From positions 3,857-67,856 of the forward strand of contig CALAKV010000038.1 of assembly GCA_937922985.1 (NCBI GenBank): a DNA stretch of 64,000 bases, written 5' to 3'. The notes under the pieces are model-generated. The model ran no database searches and had not been told where the DNA came from. It worked only from the letters and a program-made list of their open reading frames with translations. The position numbers and the translations under genes were made by a program. Below are positions 55,417-63,569 of the stretch, piece by piece (the first letter of the stretch is position 1; every line of letters starts with the position of its first letter). The DNA comes from an uncultured bacterium (GTDB lineage Bacteria > Patescibacteriota > Saccharimonadia > Saccharimonadales > Saccharimonadaceae).

Positions 55417-57975
55417 ATGAAAATTACAAAGACTTACGAACCGAACAATTACGAACCTGAAATTTATAATTTATGGGAGCTATCTGGCGCTTTCGAAAGT
55501 AGTGGAGTTGGCCCAAAATATTCAATCGTAATGCCACCACCAAATGCAAATGGAAATCTTCATATCGGCCACGGACTAATGGCTGCGGTTGAAGATATTT
55601 TAGTGCGTTATCATAAAATGAAGGGTTATGACGCAATTTATTTGCCTGGCGCCGACCATGCAGGCTTCGAAACTTGGGTTGTTTATGAGCGCCTTTTAAA
55701 TGCTGAAGGGAAGAGTCGTTTAGATTATTCTCGTGATGAACTTTATAAAAATGTTTGGGATTTCGTAGCAAGTCAACGCGGAAATATGGAACTTCAATTG
55801 CGTGCTTTGGGAGCTGGTGCTGACTGGAAAAATCTCACTTTCACTTTAGATGAAAAAGTAGTAAATCGTGTTTATAAAACTTTCGAAAAAATGTGGAACG
55901 ATGGCTTAATTTACAGAGGTGAGCGCATTGTTAATTATTCAACAAAATATCAAACTTCTTATGCCGATATTGAGGTAGATTACAAAGAAGAGAAGGGGAA
56001 GCTCTGGACGATTGCGTATCCAGTTCTTGATGAATTTGGTGGAGCAAGCGAATATATGCTTGTTTCAACAACTCGCCCTGAAACAATGCTCGGCGACACA
56101 GCTCTTGCGGTTAATCCAGAAGATGAAAGATATGAAAATCTGATTGGCAGAAAAGTTCGAATACCTTTAATAAATCGTGAAATTAAAATTATCGCTGATG
56201 AATATGCCGACCCACAATTTGGAACTGGCGTTGTTAAAATTACACCATTCCACGATCCAAATGATTTTGAAGTTGGTAATCGCCACAACTTGCCAAAAAT
56301 CCAAGTAATTGGATTTGACGGAAAAATGACCAAAAATGCAGGTAAATATGCTGGCTTAGAAGTATTAGAGGCGCGTAAAAAAATTCTTGAGGATCTTCGA
56401 AAAATCAATGCATTGTTTAAAGAAGAAAATATTACTCATGTTGTTGGATATGATTATAAATCTGGAGAACCAATTCAGCCGCTTGTAAAAGAGCAGTGGT
56501 TTATTTCAACTAAGCCTTTAGCTAAAAAAGCCCTTGAAGCTCTTGAGAATAATGAAATTAAATTTACGCCAGAAAATAAGAAAAATGTTTTAGCGGAATA
56601 CTTGAAAAATATTCGCGACTGGAACATTTCACGTCAAATCCCTTGGGGAATTCCAATTCCGGCTTTTCAAAATATTGAAGATCCAACTGATTGGATTTTT
56701 GATGAGCGCGTGCATGAATTACAAATTGAAATTAACGGCAAAACATACAAACGCGATGAAGATACGCTTGATACTTGGTTCTCAAGCGGTCAATGGCCGT
56801 TCATTACAACCGATTTTTTGGAAGGCGGTGAGCTTTCAAAATTCTATCCAAACAGTGTAATGGAAACTGGTCATGATTTGATTTTTCCTTGGATTTCTCG
56901 AATGATTATGCTAGGAATTTACTGCACAGGGCAAATTCCATTCCGCGAGGTTTATTTGCATGGAATGGTTCTTGATGAACATGGCCAAAAAATGAGTAAA
57001 TCAAAGGGGAATGTAATTAACCCAATGGATGTAATTGCCGAGTTTGGTTCCGACGCTTTTCGCCTTGGAATTATCGCTTCACGTTCAGCAGGGCAGAATC
57101 AGGCATTTTCGAAAAATAAAGTTATCGCTGGCCGAAATTTCTGCAATAAATTATGGAATATTTCACGGTTCATTTCTGAAAAAGTTGGCGAAATTAAGAG
57201 CACGAAACAGCCTGAAGCTTTCACGCCAGCAGATCACTGGATTGTGCGAGAACTTGATAAAGCAATTGCTGAAATTGAAAACCATATGCAAAATTACCGT
57301 TTTGCGGAGGCCTCAGAAACGGTTTATCACACGATTTGGAGCACCGTTGCTGATTGGTATATTGAAGCTTCAAAAACGCAAGACAATCCTGAACTTCTTG
57401 CTTGGGTTCTTGAAAATTGTCTTAAAATTACGCATCCTTTTGCACCATTTGTGACTGAAACCATCTGGCAAACTCTGCCTTGGACTGAGGGAATTTTAGC
57501 AAACGAAAAACTAGCCGAATCTCTAAAATTTAACGAATTCGAAGCACTTCAATTTGAACGAATCCAAGATTTAGTTGGTGAAATTCGCCTGATTACAGCT
57601 GAACTACCCGGCAAAAAACGCTATAATTTGGTTTTTGAAAAAGATGAACTAATTGCAAAAAATATTGAAACTATTCGCCACCTTTCACGCGTACCGGAAA
57701 TCGTTCAAACAGATGCGCCACACGGATTTAGCCTTGCCGCTAGCGGTTTGGGTGCTTATCTCGATGTGCCAACCAATATTTTGGCTGAATATAAAACCGA
57801 GCTTGCCGAACGAATCAATAAAATTTCGAACGAAATTAATTTGCTTGAAAAACGCCTTTCGAACGAAAATTATGTTTCAAAAGCACCAGCACATTTAGTT
57901 GAAGAAACTCGTGAAGAATTTTCAAACAAAAAAGCCGAGCTTGAAAAAGTTAAAAAAGCTTTCGAAATTTTATAA
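55417..57975 (+). CDS. valS: valine--tRNA ligase
   Basis: 852 aa with PPPNANGNLHIGH (HIGH), KMSKSKGN (KMSKS), an editing domain, and a C-terminal coiled coil. Confidence 0.95.
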   Translation: MKITKTYEPNNYEPEIYNLWELSGAFESSGVGPKYSIVMPPPNANGNLHIGHGLMAAVEDILVRYHKMKGYDAIYLPGADHAGFETWVVYERLLNAEGKSRLDYSRDELYKNVWDFVASQRGNMELQLRALGAGADWKNLTFTLDEKVVNRVYKTFEKMWNDGLIYRGERIVNYSTKYQTSYADIEVDYKEEKGKLWTIAYPVLDEFGGASEYMLVSTTRPETMLGDTALAVNPEDERYENLIGRKVRIPLINREIKIIADEYADPQFGTGVVKITPFHDPNDFEVGNRHNLPKIQVIGFDGKMTKNAGKYAGLEVLEARKKILEDLRKINALFKEENITHVVGYDYKSGEPIQPLVKEQWFISTKPLAKKALEALENNEIKFTPENKKNVLAEYLKNIRDWNISRQIPWGIPIPAFQNIEDPTDWIFDERVHELQIEINGKTYKRDEDTLDTWFSSGQWPFITTDFLEGGELSKFYPNSVMETGHDLIFPWISRMIMLGIYCTGQIPFREVYLHGMVLDEHGQKMSKSKGNVINPMDVIAEFGSDAFRLGIIASRSAGQNQAFSKNKVIAGRNFCNKLWNISRFISEKVGEIKSTKQPEAFTPADHWIVRELDKAIAEIENHMQNYRFAEASETVYHTIWSTVADWYIEASKTQDNPELLAWVLENCLKITHPFAPFVTETIWQTLPWTEGILANEKLAESLKFNEFEALQFERIQDLVGEIRLITAELPGKKRYNLVFEKDELIAKNIETIRHLSRVPEIVQTDAPHGFSLAASGLGAYLDVPTNILAEYKTELAERINKISNEINLLEKRLSNENYVSKAPAHLVEETREEFSNKKAELEKVKKAFEIL

Positions 57976-57982
57976 AAGCACC

Positions 57983-58005
57983 ACCGCCAGGGAATGGCGG
58001 TTTTT
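57983..58005 (+). terminator. intrinsic terminator after valS
   Basis: accgcc-agggaat-ggcggt followed by ttttt. Confidence 0.7.
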
Positions 58006-58100
58006 GCTTGACTTTTTATTGACAAAATAATTATAAATATGATATTATAATTATGGTTATTTATATATAACTAGTATTTTTATATTAAGAAGGATTTCTC

Positions 58101-58472
58101 ATGATGAAGAAATTCAAGGGTTTATTATTTGCTGGCATAACAGTTGCATCTTTGGCATTTTCAGCACAAAAAGCAGAAGCTTCTAGTGGCCAAATAGTTG
58201 ACGGTAACGGAAGACCGGTCGTTGGCGTATGGGTAGAAGTCAAAGGTGGCGGCTCAGGTTGGGCTCACTTAAATAGAACAAGAGAACCTCATATTGCCGG
58301 CTGGAGATACGACACCAAAGGTAGAGATTATAGACTGCATGTTGGTGTTGGTGGGACTAGTCAAAACTGGGGAAACAACATTAAATCTGGATGGATTAAT
58401 GGTGGCCAGACAATAGCAAATGTAAGCACCAACTGGGATTGGATATGGGGGAATAAAATCTGGATATCCTAA
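58101..58472 (+). CDS. small secreted Trp/Gly-rich protein of unknown function
   Basis: 123 aa with signal peptide MMKKFKGLLFAGITVASLAFSAQKAEA|SS. The mature 96 aa has 9 Trp and many Gly/Asn residues. RBS aaggat. Confidence 0.6.
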   Translation: MMKKFKGLLFAGITVASLAFSAQKAEASSGQIVDGNGRPVVGVWVEVKGGGSGWAHLNRTREPHIAGWRYDTKGRDYRLHVGVGGTSQNWGNNIKSGWINGGQTIANVSTNWDWIWGNKIWIS

Positions 58473-58542
58473 TCTTGACTCCTTTTATCATGAGCAAGTC
58501 ACCAAACTTGCTCTTTTTAAATATATCACGAGAAAGGTTTTT

Positions 58543-58812
58543 ATGTCTAAAAAAATTAATAAAATTAAATGGCAACCAATTTTTAATATTTTGATTATTA
58601 TCAACTTAATTATAAGTATAATAACTATTTTGTTTCTTTTTAGAGTGAATGAGGGCGTTAATTTTGTAACTTGGAAAGATACGCATAATAACAATCTCAC
58701 TCAGGCTCAAATAGAATGCATTAAAAATCCTTCGGATAGATGTGAAGAAAAAGTCAAACAATATCAAGAAAATCGAGATAATTTTATTCGAAAAACTTTT
58801 AATAAAAAATAA
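58543..58812 (+). CDS. small single-pass membrane protein
   Basis: 89 aa with one TM segment (IFNILIIINLIISIITILFLF) and a Cys pair in the exported tail. Confidence 0.45.
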   Translation: MSKKINKIKWQPIFNILIIINLIISIITILFLFRVNEGVNFVTWKDTHNNNLTQAQIECIKNPSDRCEEKVKQYQENRDNFIRKTFNKK

Positions 58813-58873
58813 GTAATTAAAAATTTTTATACAACGCTTGACTTCTTTAAAAAAATTTGTTAAAATATTCAGG

Positions 58874-59140
58874 ATGATTACTAAAGAGAATAAAGAGAAG
58901 GCAATCGCTTTGACTCAGGTTTCAAAGAATGACGTTGGTTCGCCACAGGCACAAGTGTCAATCTTGACGGCTCGTATCAAAGAAGTGACGGAACACCTTA
59001 AATCAAACAAGCACGACTTCATGGCTCGACGCGGTTTGATGCAAATGGTTGGTCGCCGTAAAAAACTTCTAAAATATCTTGAACGAAAAGATTTTGAAGC
59101 CTACAAAGCTGTTGTTTCTAAATTAGGTTTGCGAAAATAA
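58874..59140 (+). CDS. rpsO: 30S ribosomal protein S15
   Basis: MITKENKEKAIALTQVSKNDVGSPQAQVSILTARIKEVTEHLKSNKHDFMARRGLMQMVGRRKKLLKYL. The ORF track starts upstream at 58838. Confidence 0.95.
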   Translation: MITKENKEKAIALTQVSKNDVGSPQAQVSILTARIKEVTEHLKSNKHDFMARRGLMQMVGRRKKLLKYLERKDFEAYKAVVSKLGLRK

Positions 59141-59156
59141 TTTCAAAACCGTAAAA

Positions 59157-59190
59157 TCGCCACGCTTAAATGCTTGGCGGTTTTATTTTT
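59157..59190 (+). terminator. intrinsic terminator/attenuator between rpsO and pnp
   Basis: tcgccacgc-ttaaat-gcttggcgg (one mismatch) followed by ttttattttt. Confidence 0.6.
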
Positions 59191-59313
59191 GCTAAATTCA
59201 CTCAAAAATGTTATAATGAAATAGTAAAATTAACGCTGAATGTGTGGTAGAAATTATTTTCGAAAACCTTTTCGAAGAAGATTCCTGCAACTCATTTGGC
59301 AGAAGGAGAAAAT

Positions 59314-61440
59314 ATGATTATAAACCCAACAGGGAAAAGTGTAATTTCGGTTAGCACTGATTTTTTGGGGCGAAAATTAACGCTAGAAGTTGGCAAAGTT
59401 GGCTTTCGTTCAACTGCAAGCGTGATCGCGAAATATGGCGAAACTGTGGTTTTAGGAACAGTTCAGCTGGGCTCAAAACCAGTAGCTTTAGATTATTTTC
59501 CACTATCAATTGATTACGAAGAAAAGTGGTATGCTAGCGGACGGATTTCTGGCTCACGATTCATTAAACGCGAAGGGCGACCTTCAGACGATGCAATTTT
59601 AATTGGGCGATTGATTGACCGACCAATTCGACCTCTCTTTCCAAAAGGATATCGTGAAGAAGTGCAGGTTGTCGCAACTGTTCTTTCTGCCGACCCAGAA
59701 TTTCGTCCAGATATGATTGCAATGATTGCAGCCTCAAGCGCACTTCATCTAGCTGGCGTGCCGTTTGACGGCCCAGTTGCTGGGCTTCGAATCGGTAAAG
59801 TGAATGGCGAGTTTAAAGCCTTTCTAAATCCTGAGGAACGCGAAAATTCCTCGCTTGATTTAGTTGTAGCCGGAATCGAAAGTGGAATTACCATGGTTGA
59901 AGCGGGTGCAAATGAAGTTCCTGAAGAAGAAATTATCGCAGGTCTCGCTTGGGCTTTTGAGAATTTCAAACCAGCAATCAAACTACAAAACGAACTTCGC
60001 GCCAAATATATCGAGGCAGGTTATTTTGAAGAGAGAAAATTTGAACTTATTTTGCCAGATGAAGAAATTTCGAAAGAAGTTGAAGCTTGGACAGAAGGAA
60101 AATTCGGCTCCGAGATTCGTGAAACCTACCCAAAATATAACCAAAATATTGCCGAAATTCGTGAGAAATTTCACTCAGAAATGCTCGAAAAATTTGGTGA
60201 AGAAGCTTATGAAGAAATCCGAAAAGATTACGATGAAGCTTTCACTTTGGCGGTTCATAAAGCTGTCCGAAAGGGAATCGTGGAAGATGGTGAGCGACCA
60301 GATGGGCGAGCTCTAGATGAAATCCGCCCGCTTTCAAGCGAAATCGACTTTTTGCCACGCGCGCACGGTTCGAGTTTATTTACTCGTGGTGTAACTCAAG
60401 CAATGAATATCGTAACGCTTGCACCACTTTCATACTCGCAACTGGTTGATACAATGGAATTTAATGAAATTGAACGCCGTTATATGCATCATTATAATGC
60501 TCCTGGTTACACCGTCGGCGAACCGCGTCGATTAGGTAGCCCTGGTAGGCGCGAAATCGGCCACGGATATTTAGCTCAGCGCGCGCTAGAAGCGGTTTTG
60601 CCAAGTGAAGAAAATTTCCCTTATGCTATTCGTAGCGTAACTGAAATTATGAGTCAGAACGGTTCAACATCAATGGCCGCAACCTGCTCAAGTTGTATGG
60701 CGCTAATGAGTGCTGGTGTGCCACTAAAAAATGCTGTTTCTGGAATTGCAATGGGCTTAATGATGGACGGCGAAACACCTTATATTTTGAGTGATATTGC
60801 AGATGCAGAAGATTTTGCTGGCGATATGGATTTCAAATGTACAGGCTCAAAAAAGGGAATTACTGCACTACAAATGGATATGAAAGTTCATGGTCTACCA
60901 GTTTCAGTTCTTGAAAAAGCAATTCTAACTTCGAAAAAAGGTCGTGAACATATTTTGCGCCATATGTTGAGCGTAATTTCTGAACCAAAAGCTGAGCTTT
61001 CGCCATATGCGCCTCGAATCGAAAAACTTAAAATTAACCCTGAAAAAATCGGTGCAATTATTGGCAAAGGTGGTGAAACAATCAATAAAATTACTTCTAA
61101 AACTGGAGCCGAAGTTGATATCAAGGAAGACGGATTGATCACGATCGCCAGCCCTAATGCCGAGCAAATCGAAAAAGCCCTCAACTGGATTAAATCTTTG
61201 GTTGAAGAGCCAGAAATTGGCAAAATCTATCGCGGAAAAGTGGTTTCGATCAAGGATTTTGGCGCTTTCGTAAATATCCTACCAGGAATTGACGGAATGC
61301 TACACATCTCGCAAATATCCGAAAAACGAACCGAGAAAGTGACTGATGTTTTGAAACAAGATCAAGAAATTTGGGTTAAACTCGATAAAATCGATGAAAA
61401 GGGAAGATTAAACCTTACAATGAAAGGCGTGAAGCAATAA
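59314..61440 (+). CDS. pnp: polyribonucleotide nucleotidyltransferase (PNPase)
   Basis: It has two RNase PH domains, then KH (GKGGETINKI) and S1 (GKIYRGKVVSIKDFGAFVNI) domains. The ATG at 59314 follows aaggag. The ORF track starts at TTG 59296. Confidence 0.95.
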   Translation: MIINPTGKSVISVSTDFLGRKLTLEVGKVGFRSTASVIAKYGETVVLGTVQLGSKPVALDYFPLSIDYEEKWYASGRISGSRFIKREGRPSDDAILIGRLIDRPIRPLFPKGYREEVQVVATVLSADPEFRPDMIAMIAASSALHLAGVPFDGPVAGLRIGKVNGEFKAFLNPEERENSSLDLVVAGIESGITMVEAGANEVPEEEIIAGLAWAFENFKPAIKLQNELRAKYIEAGYFEERKFELILPDEEISKEVEAWTEGKFGSEIRETYPKYNQNIAEIREKFHSEMLEKFGEEAYEEIRKDYDEAFTLAVHKAVRKGIVEDGERPDGRALDEIRPLSSEIDFLPRAHGSSLFTRGVTQAMNIVTLAPLSYSQLVDTMEFNEIERRYMHHYNAPGYTVGEPRRLGSPGRREIGHGYLAQRALEAVLPSEENFPYAIRSVTEIMSQNGSTSMAATCSSCMALMSAGVPLKNAVSGIAMGLMMDGETPYILSDIADAEDFAGDMDFKCTGSKKGITALQMDMKVHGLPVSVLEKAILTSKKGREHILRHMLSVISEPKAELSPYAPRIEKLKINPEKIGAIIGKGGETINKITSKTGAEVDIKEDGLITIASPNAEQIEKALNWIKSLVEEPEIGKIYRGKVVSIKDFGAFVNILPGIDGMLHISQISEKRTEKVTDVLKQDQEIWVKLDKIDEKGRLNLTMKGVKQ

Positions 61441-61446
61441 AATTTT

Positions 61447-61482
61447 AAAAGAGCTTTCGAAAATGAGAGCTCTTTTGGTTTT
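61447..61482 (+). terminator. intrinsic terminator after pnp
   Basis: aaaagagct-ttcgaaaatgag-agctctttt followed by ggtttt. Confidence 0.7.
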
Positions 61483-61516
61483 GGAGTATATTCTTATAAA
61501 AACCATAACAATAATA

Positions 61517-61545
61517 TTGACTTTTTAACAATTATATAGTATAAT
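61517..61545 (+). promoter_or_regulatory. near-consensus promoter (TTGACT-17-TATAAT)
   Basis: TTGACT at 61517-61522 and TATAAT at 61540-61545. Confidence 0.6.
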
Positions 61546-61583
61546 AAATTTATCATTAAATAGTTAAAACAAAAAATATTAAA

Positions 61584-62006
61584 ATGAAAAATTTCAATAA
61601 TCTAAACTCAACTTCTCAGTCAGCAGAAAACAATCCAAAAAATAATTCTCAAGAAAATGATAAATCTATTGAGGTTAGCAACTTTGGTGGTAAGCCAGGT
61701 ATTGAACTATTCCATAATGGCGTAAGATATGTATTTTTAAACAGGAGTAATTTCAACCCACAGGTCACTCCTGGCGATCGTTCCGATACGGTAATAATAG
61801 AGGCTCACAAGGAAGCTTATAAAAATTCACCCGCAAATACAATCTTATCAGGGAAAATGAAAAACTATTCTGAAGATAGGATTGAAAAAGTCAATAGCAG
61901 TTCCTCAGAAACATATCAAAACTCAATTTCTAGAGATTCTGTTTTAGAAGTTGCCAATTTTTCAGCAAAATTATGCGCTTCAGACAAAAACCTTATGGAT
62001 TTATAA
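61584..62006 (+). CDS. hypothetical protein (N-terminal part of a possibly split gene)
   Basis: 140-aa ORF ending in TAA at 62004-62006. The next ORF is in the same frame. Confidence 0.5.
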   Translation: MKNFNNLNSTSQSAENNPKNNSQENDKSIEVSNFGGKPGIELFHNGVRYVFLNRSNFNPQVTPGDRSDTVIIEAHKEAYKNSPANTILSGKMKNYSEDRIEKVNSSSSETYQNSISRDSVLEVANFSAKLCASDKNLMDL

Positions 62007-62054
62007 GAAATTAAAGATATTAAGGATCTGAAAGAGCTATCACCTCGACAAGCC

Positions 62055-62819
62055 ATGCTTTTGAGTACGAATATAGTTATGAAATTAAAGAATTATGATA
62101 ACTCCGAAGTATATGACAGTCATAGAAAAGCCGACAGAATGTCAACTTTAGAAATAATGAAGCACCTATCAAAAGAGGGGGATTCGCCACTTGGTGTTTG
62201 TAGGAATTATGCCGATATGACTAAAATCATTTTTACGGCACTCAAAAAAGTTCAAAATCCAGAAACAACTCGCCTTGCCAACACCTATTGTCGAGAAATT
62301 GTTGGTGAATCCCCGTGGGATGCCGTAAACCCCTTCAAGTCTAAATCTGCTGTGGGTCATAAATATAACCAATTCATAACCTTTACTCATGATGGAACCG
62401 CCATCACTAATGTAGACCCAACTTGGGGTCAATTAGATGGCAATTTATCAAAATACGCATCGCTATCAATGAATATCGTTGAGCGAGAACCGCTTGTAAG
62501 TGATTTTATTAAGGATATCCGAGACAAAGGATATTTCAAGTCGCCAGAAGACAGAAAAAATACTGAAAACTTACGAGAATATTATATGGATATCGCTAAA
62601 AAAATCGATAAAGTCATATCAAGACTATCTCAAAAAGGACATAATCGAGAAAATAATACATGTTTTGAAAAAATACAAAATATGCAATATTATTCGCTAT
62701 TAAAATCAGCCGAACTCTCATCTTTCTTGCATGCGCACGGCCTAATTAGTGACCAAGAAATGGATAAATATCAAAAAGTTAAATCAGATATTGAGAATGA
62801 GATTAATAATACTCAATAA
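62055..62819 (+). CDS. transglutaminase-like cysteine-protease-fold protein (possible C-terminal part of a split gene)
   Basis: The Cys-His-Asp pattern GVCRNYADMTKIIF ... VGHKYNQFITFTHDGTAITNVDPTWG resembles the transglutaminase core (G.C..FA ... HAW ... DPT). Confidence 0.5.
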   Translation: MLLSTNIVMKLKNYDNSEVYDSHRKADRMSTLEIMKHLSKEGDSPLGVCRNYADMTKIIFTALKKVQNPETTRLANTYCREIVGESPWDAVNPFKSKSAVGHKYNQFITFTHDGTAITNVDPTWGQLDGNLSKYASLSMNIVEREPLVSDFIKDIRDKGYFKSPEDRKNTENLREYYMDIAKKIDKVISRLSQKGHNRENNTCFEKIQNMQYYSLLKSAELSSFLHAHGLISDQEMDKYQKVKSDIENEINNTQ

Positions 62820-62875
62820 CATCAAATTTACATTTTTTTGAAAGAAAAAAGTCCGCTATTGCGAACTGTTTTCTC

Positions 62876-62968
62876 TGGCGGAGGATGGGAGATTCGAACT
62901 CCCGCTCCAGGTTTCCCCAGACTAACGATTTAGCAAACCGTCCCCTTCAGCCACTTGGGTAATCCTCC
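62876..62968 (-). tRNA. tRNA-Ser (GCT), long variable arm, CCA encoded
   Basis: Reverse complement: GGAGGAT...ACGGT-TTGCTAA-ATCGT...variable arm TAGTCTGGGGAAACCTGGAGC...GGGAG-TTCGAAT-CTCCC-ATCCTCC-G-CCA. Confidence 0.85.
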
Positions 62969-63049
62969 AATGTTTCTATTTTATCAAATTTTGCCAAAAA
63001 ACACAAGAGCATTGACAAAAATTACTTTTTTTGCTATAATATAGCCATT

Positions 63050-63517
63050 ATGAAGAATTTTAAACAAGTTTCGAAAATCTCAATCAGCGGTTTTGTAGCT
63101 TCTACATTTTCTGCAACCTTCTTGGCATTAAATACTTTTGCAACCGGTGGAATATTTAGTGGTGGCGTTCAAGGTGGAGCCGATAAAGGTCGTGGTGAAG
63201 GTGTTCCAACTCAACTTTTTGGCGAAGGTAACACTGGAATTTTTACCCAGATGGTAAATATGATGCTTTTTGCAGTTGGAATTTTAAGCGTTATAATGTT
63301 AATTTATGGCGGTTTACGCTATATACTATCAAACGGTGATTCGAAAAAGGTTGATGCTGCAAAAAATACAATTCTTTATGCGATCATTGGCTTAATTATC
63401 GCAATGCTTTCTTATGCGATCATCAACTTCATTATTAGCTTATTCTTAGGAGGAGCCGGAACTGGTTTCGGCAGTGGTTCAAACGGAGCGAACGGTATTC
63501 CTCCAACGAATGTTTAA
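63050..63517 (+). CDS. TrbC/VirB2-like type IV secretion pilin family membrane protein
   Basis: 155 aa with a signal/TM segment, then MLFAVGILSVIMLIYGGLRYILSNGDSKKVDAAKNTILYAIIGLIIAMLSYAIINFI. This is the two-helix pattern with a conserved G..Y....G[DN] loop, followed by a Gly-rich tail. Confidence 0.55.
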   Translation: MKNFKQVSKISISGFVASTFSATFLALNTFATGGIFSGGVQGGADKGRGEGVPTQLFGEGNTGIFTQMVNMMLFAVGILSVIMLIYGGLRYILSNGDSKKVDAAKNTILYAIIGLIIAMLSYAIINFIISLFLGGAGTGFGSGSNGANGIPPTNV

Positions 63518-63528
63518 TTTTCGAAACT

Positions 63529-63560
63529 AAAAAGTCGCCTTCTAAGCGACTTTTTCTTTT
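63529..63560. terminator. bidirectional intrinsic terminator
   Basis: aaaagtcgc-cttctaa-gcgactttt between convergent genes. Confidence 0.7.
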
Positions 63561-63569
63561 TGTCTATTC

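Noticed and set aside
58033-58056. AATTATAA-8-TTATAATT inverted repeat as a dif (Xer) site
   Set aside because: It is pure AT sequence inside a promoter region and bears no resemblance to the dif consensus arms. gyrB in the same window suggests an origin-proximal location, where dif is not expected.
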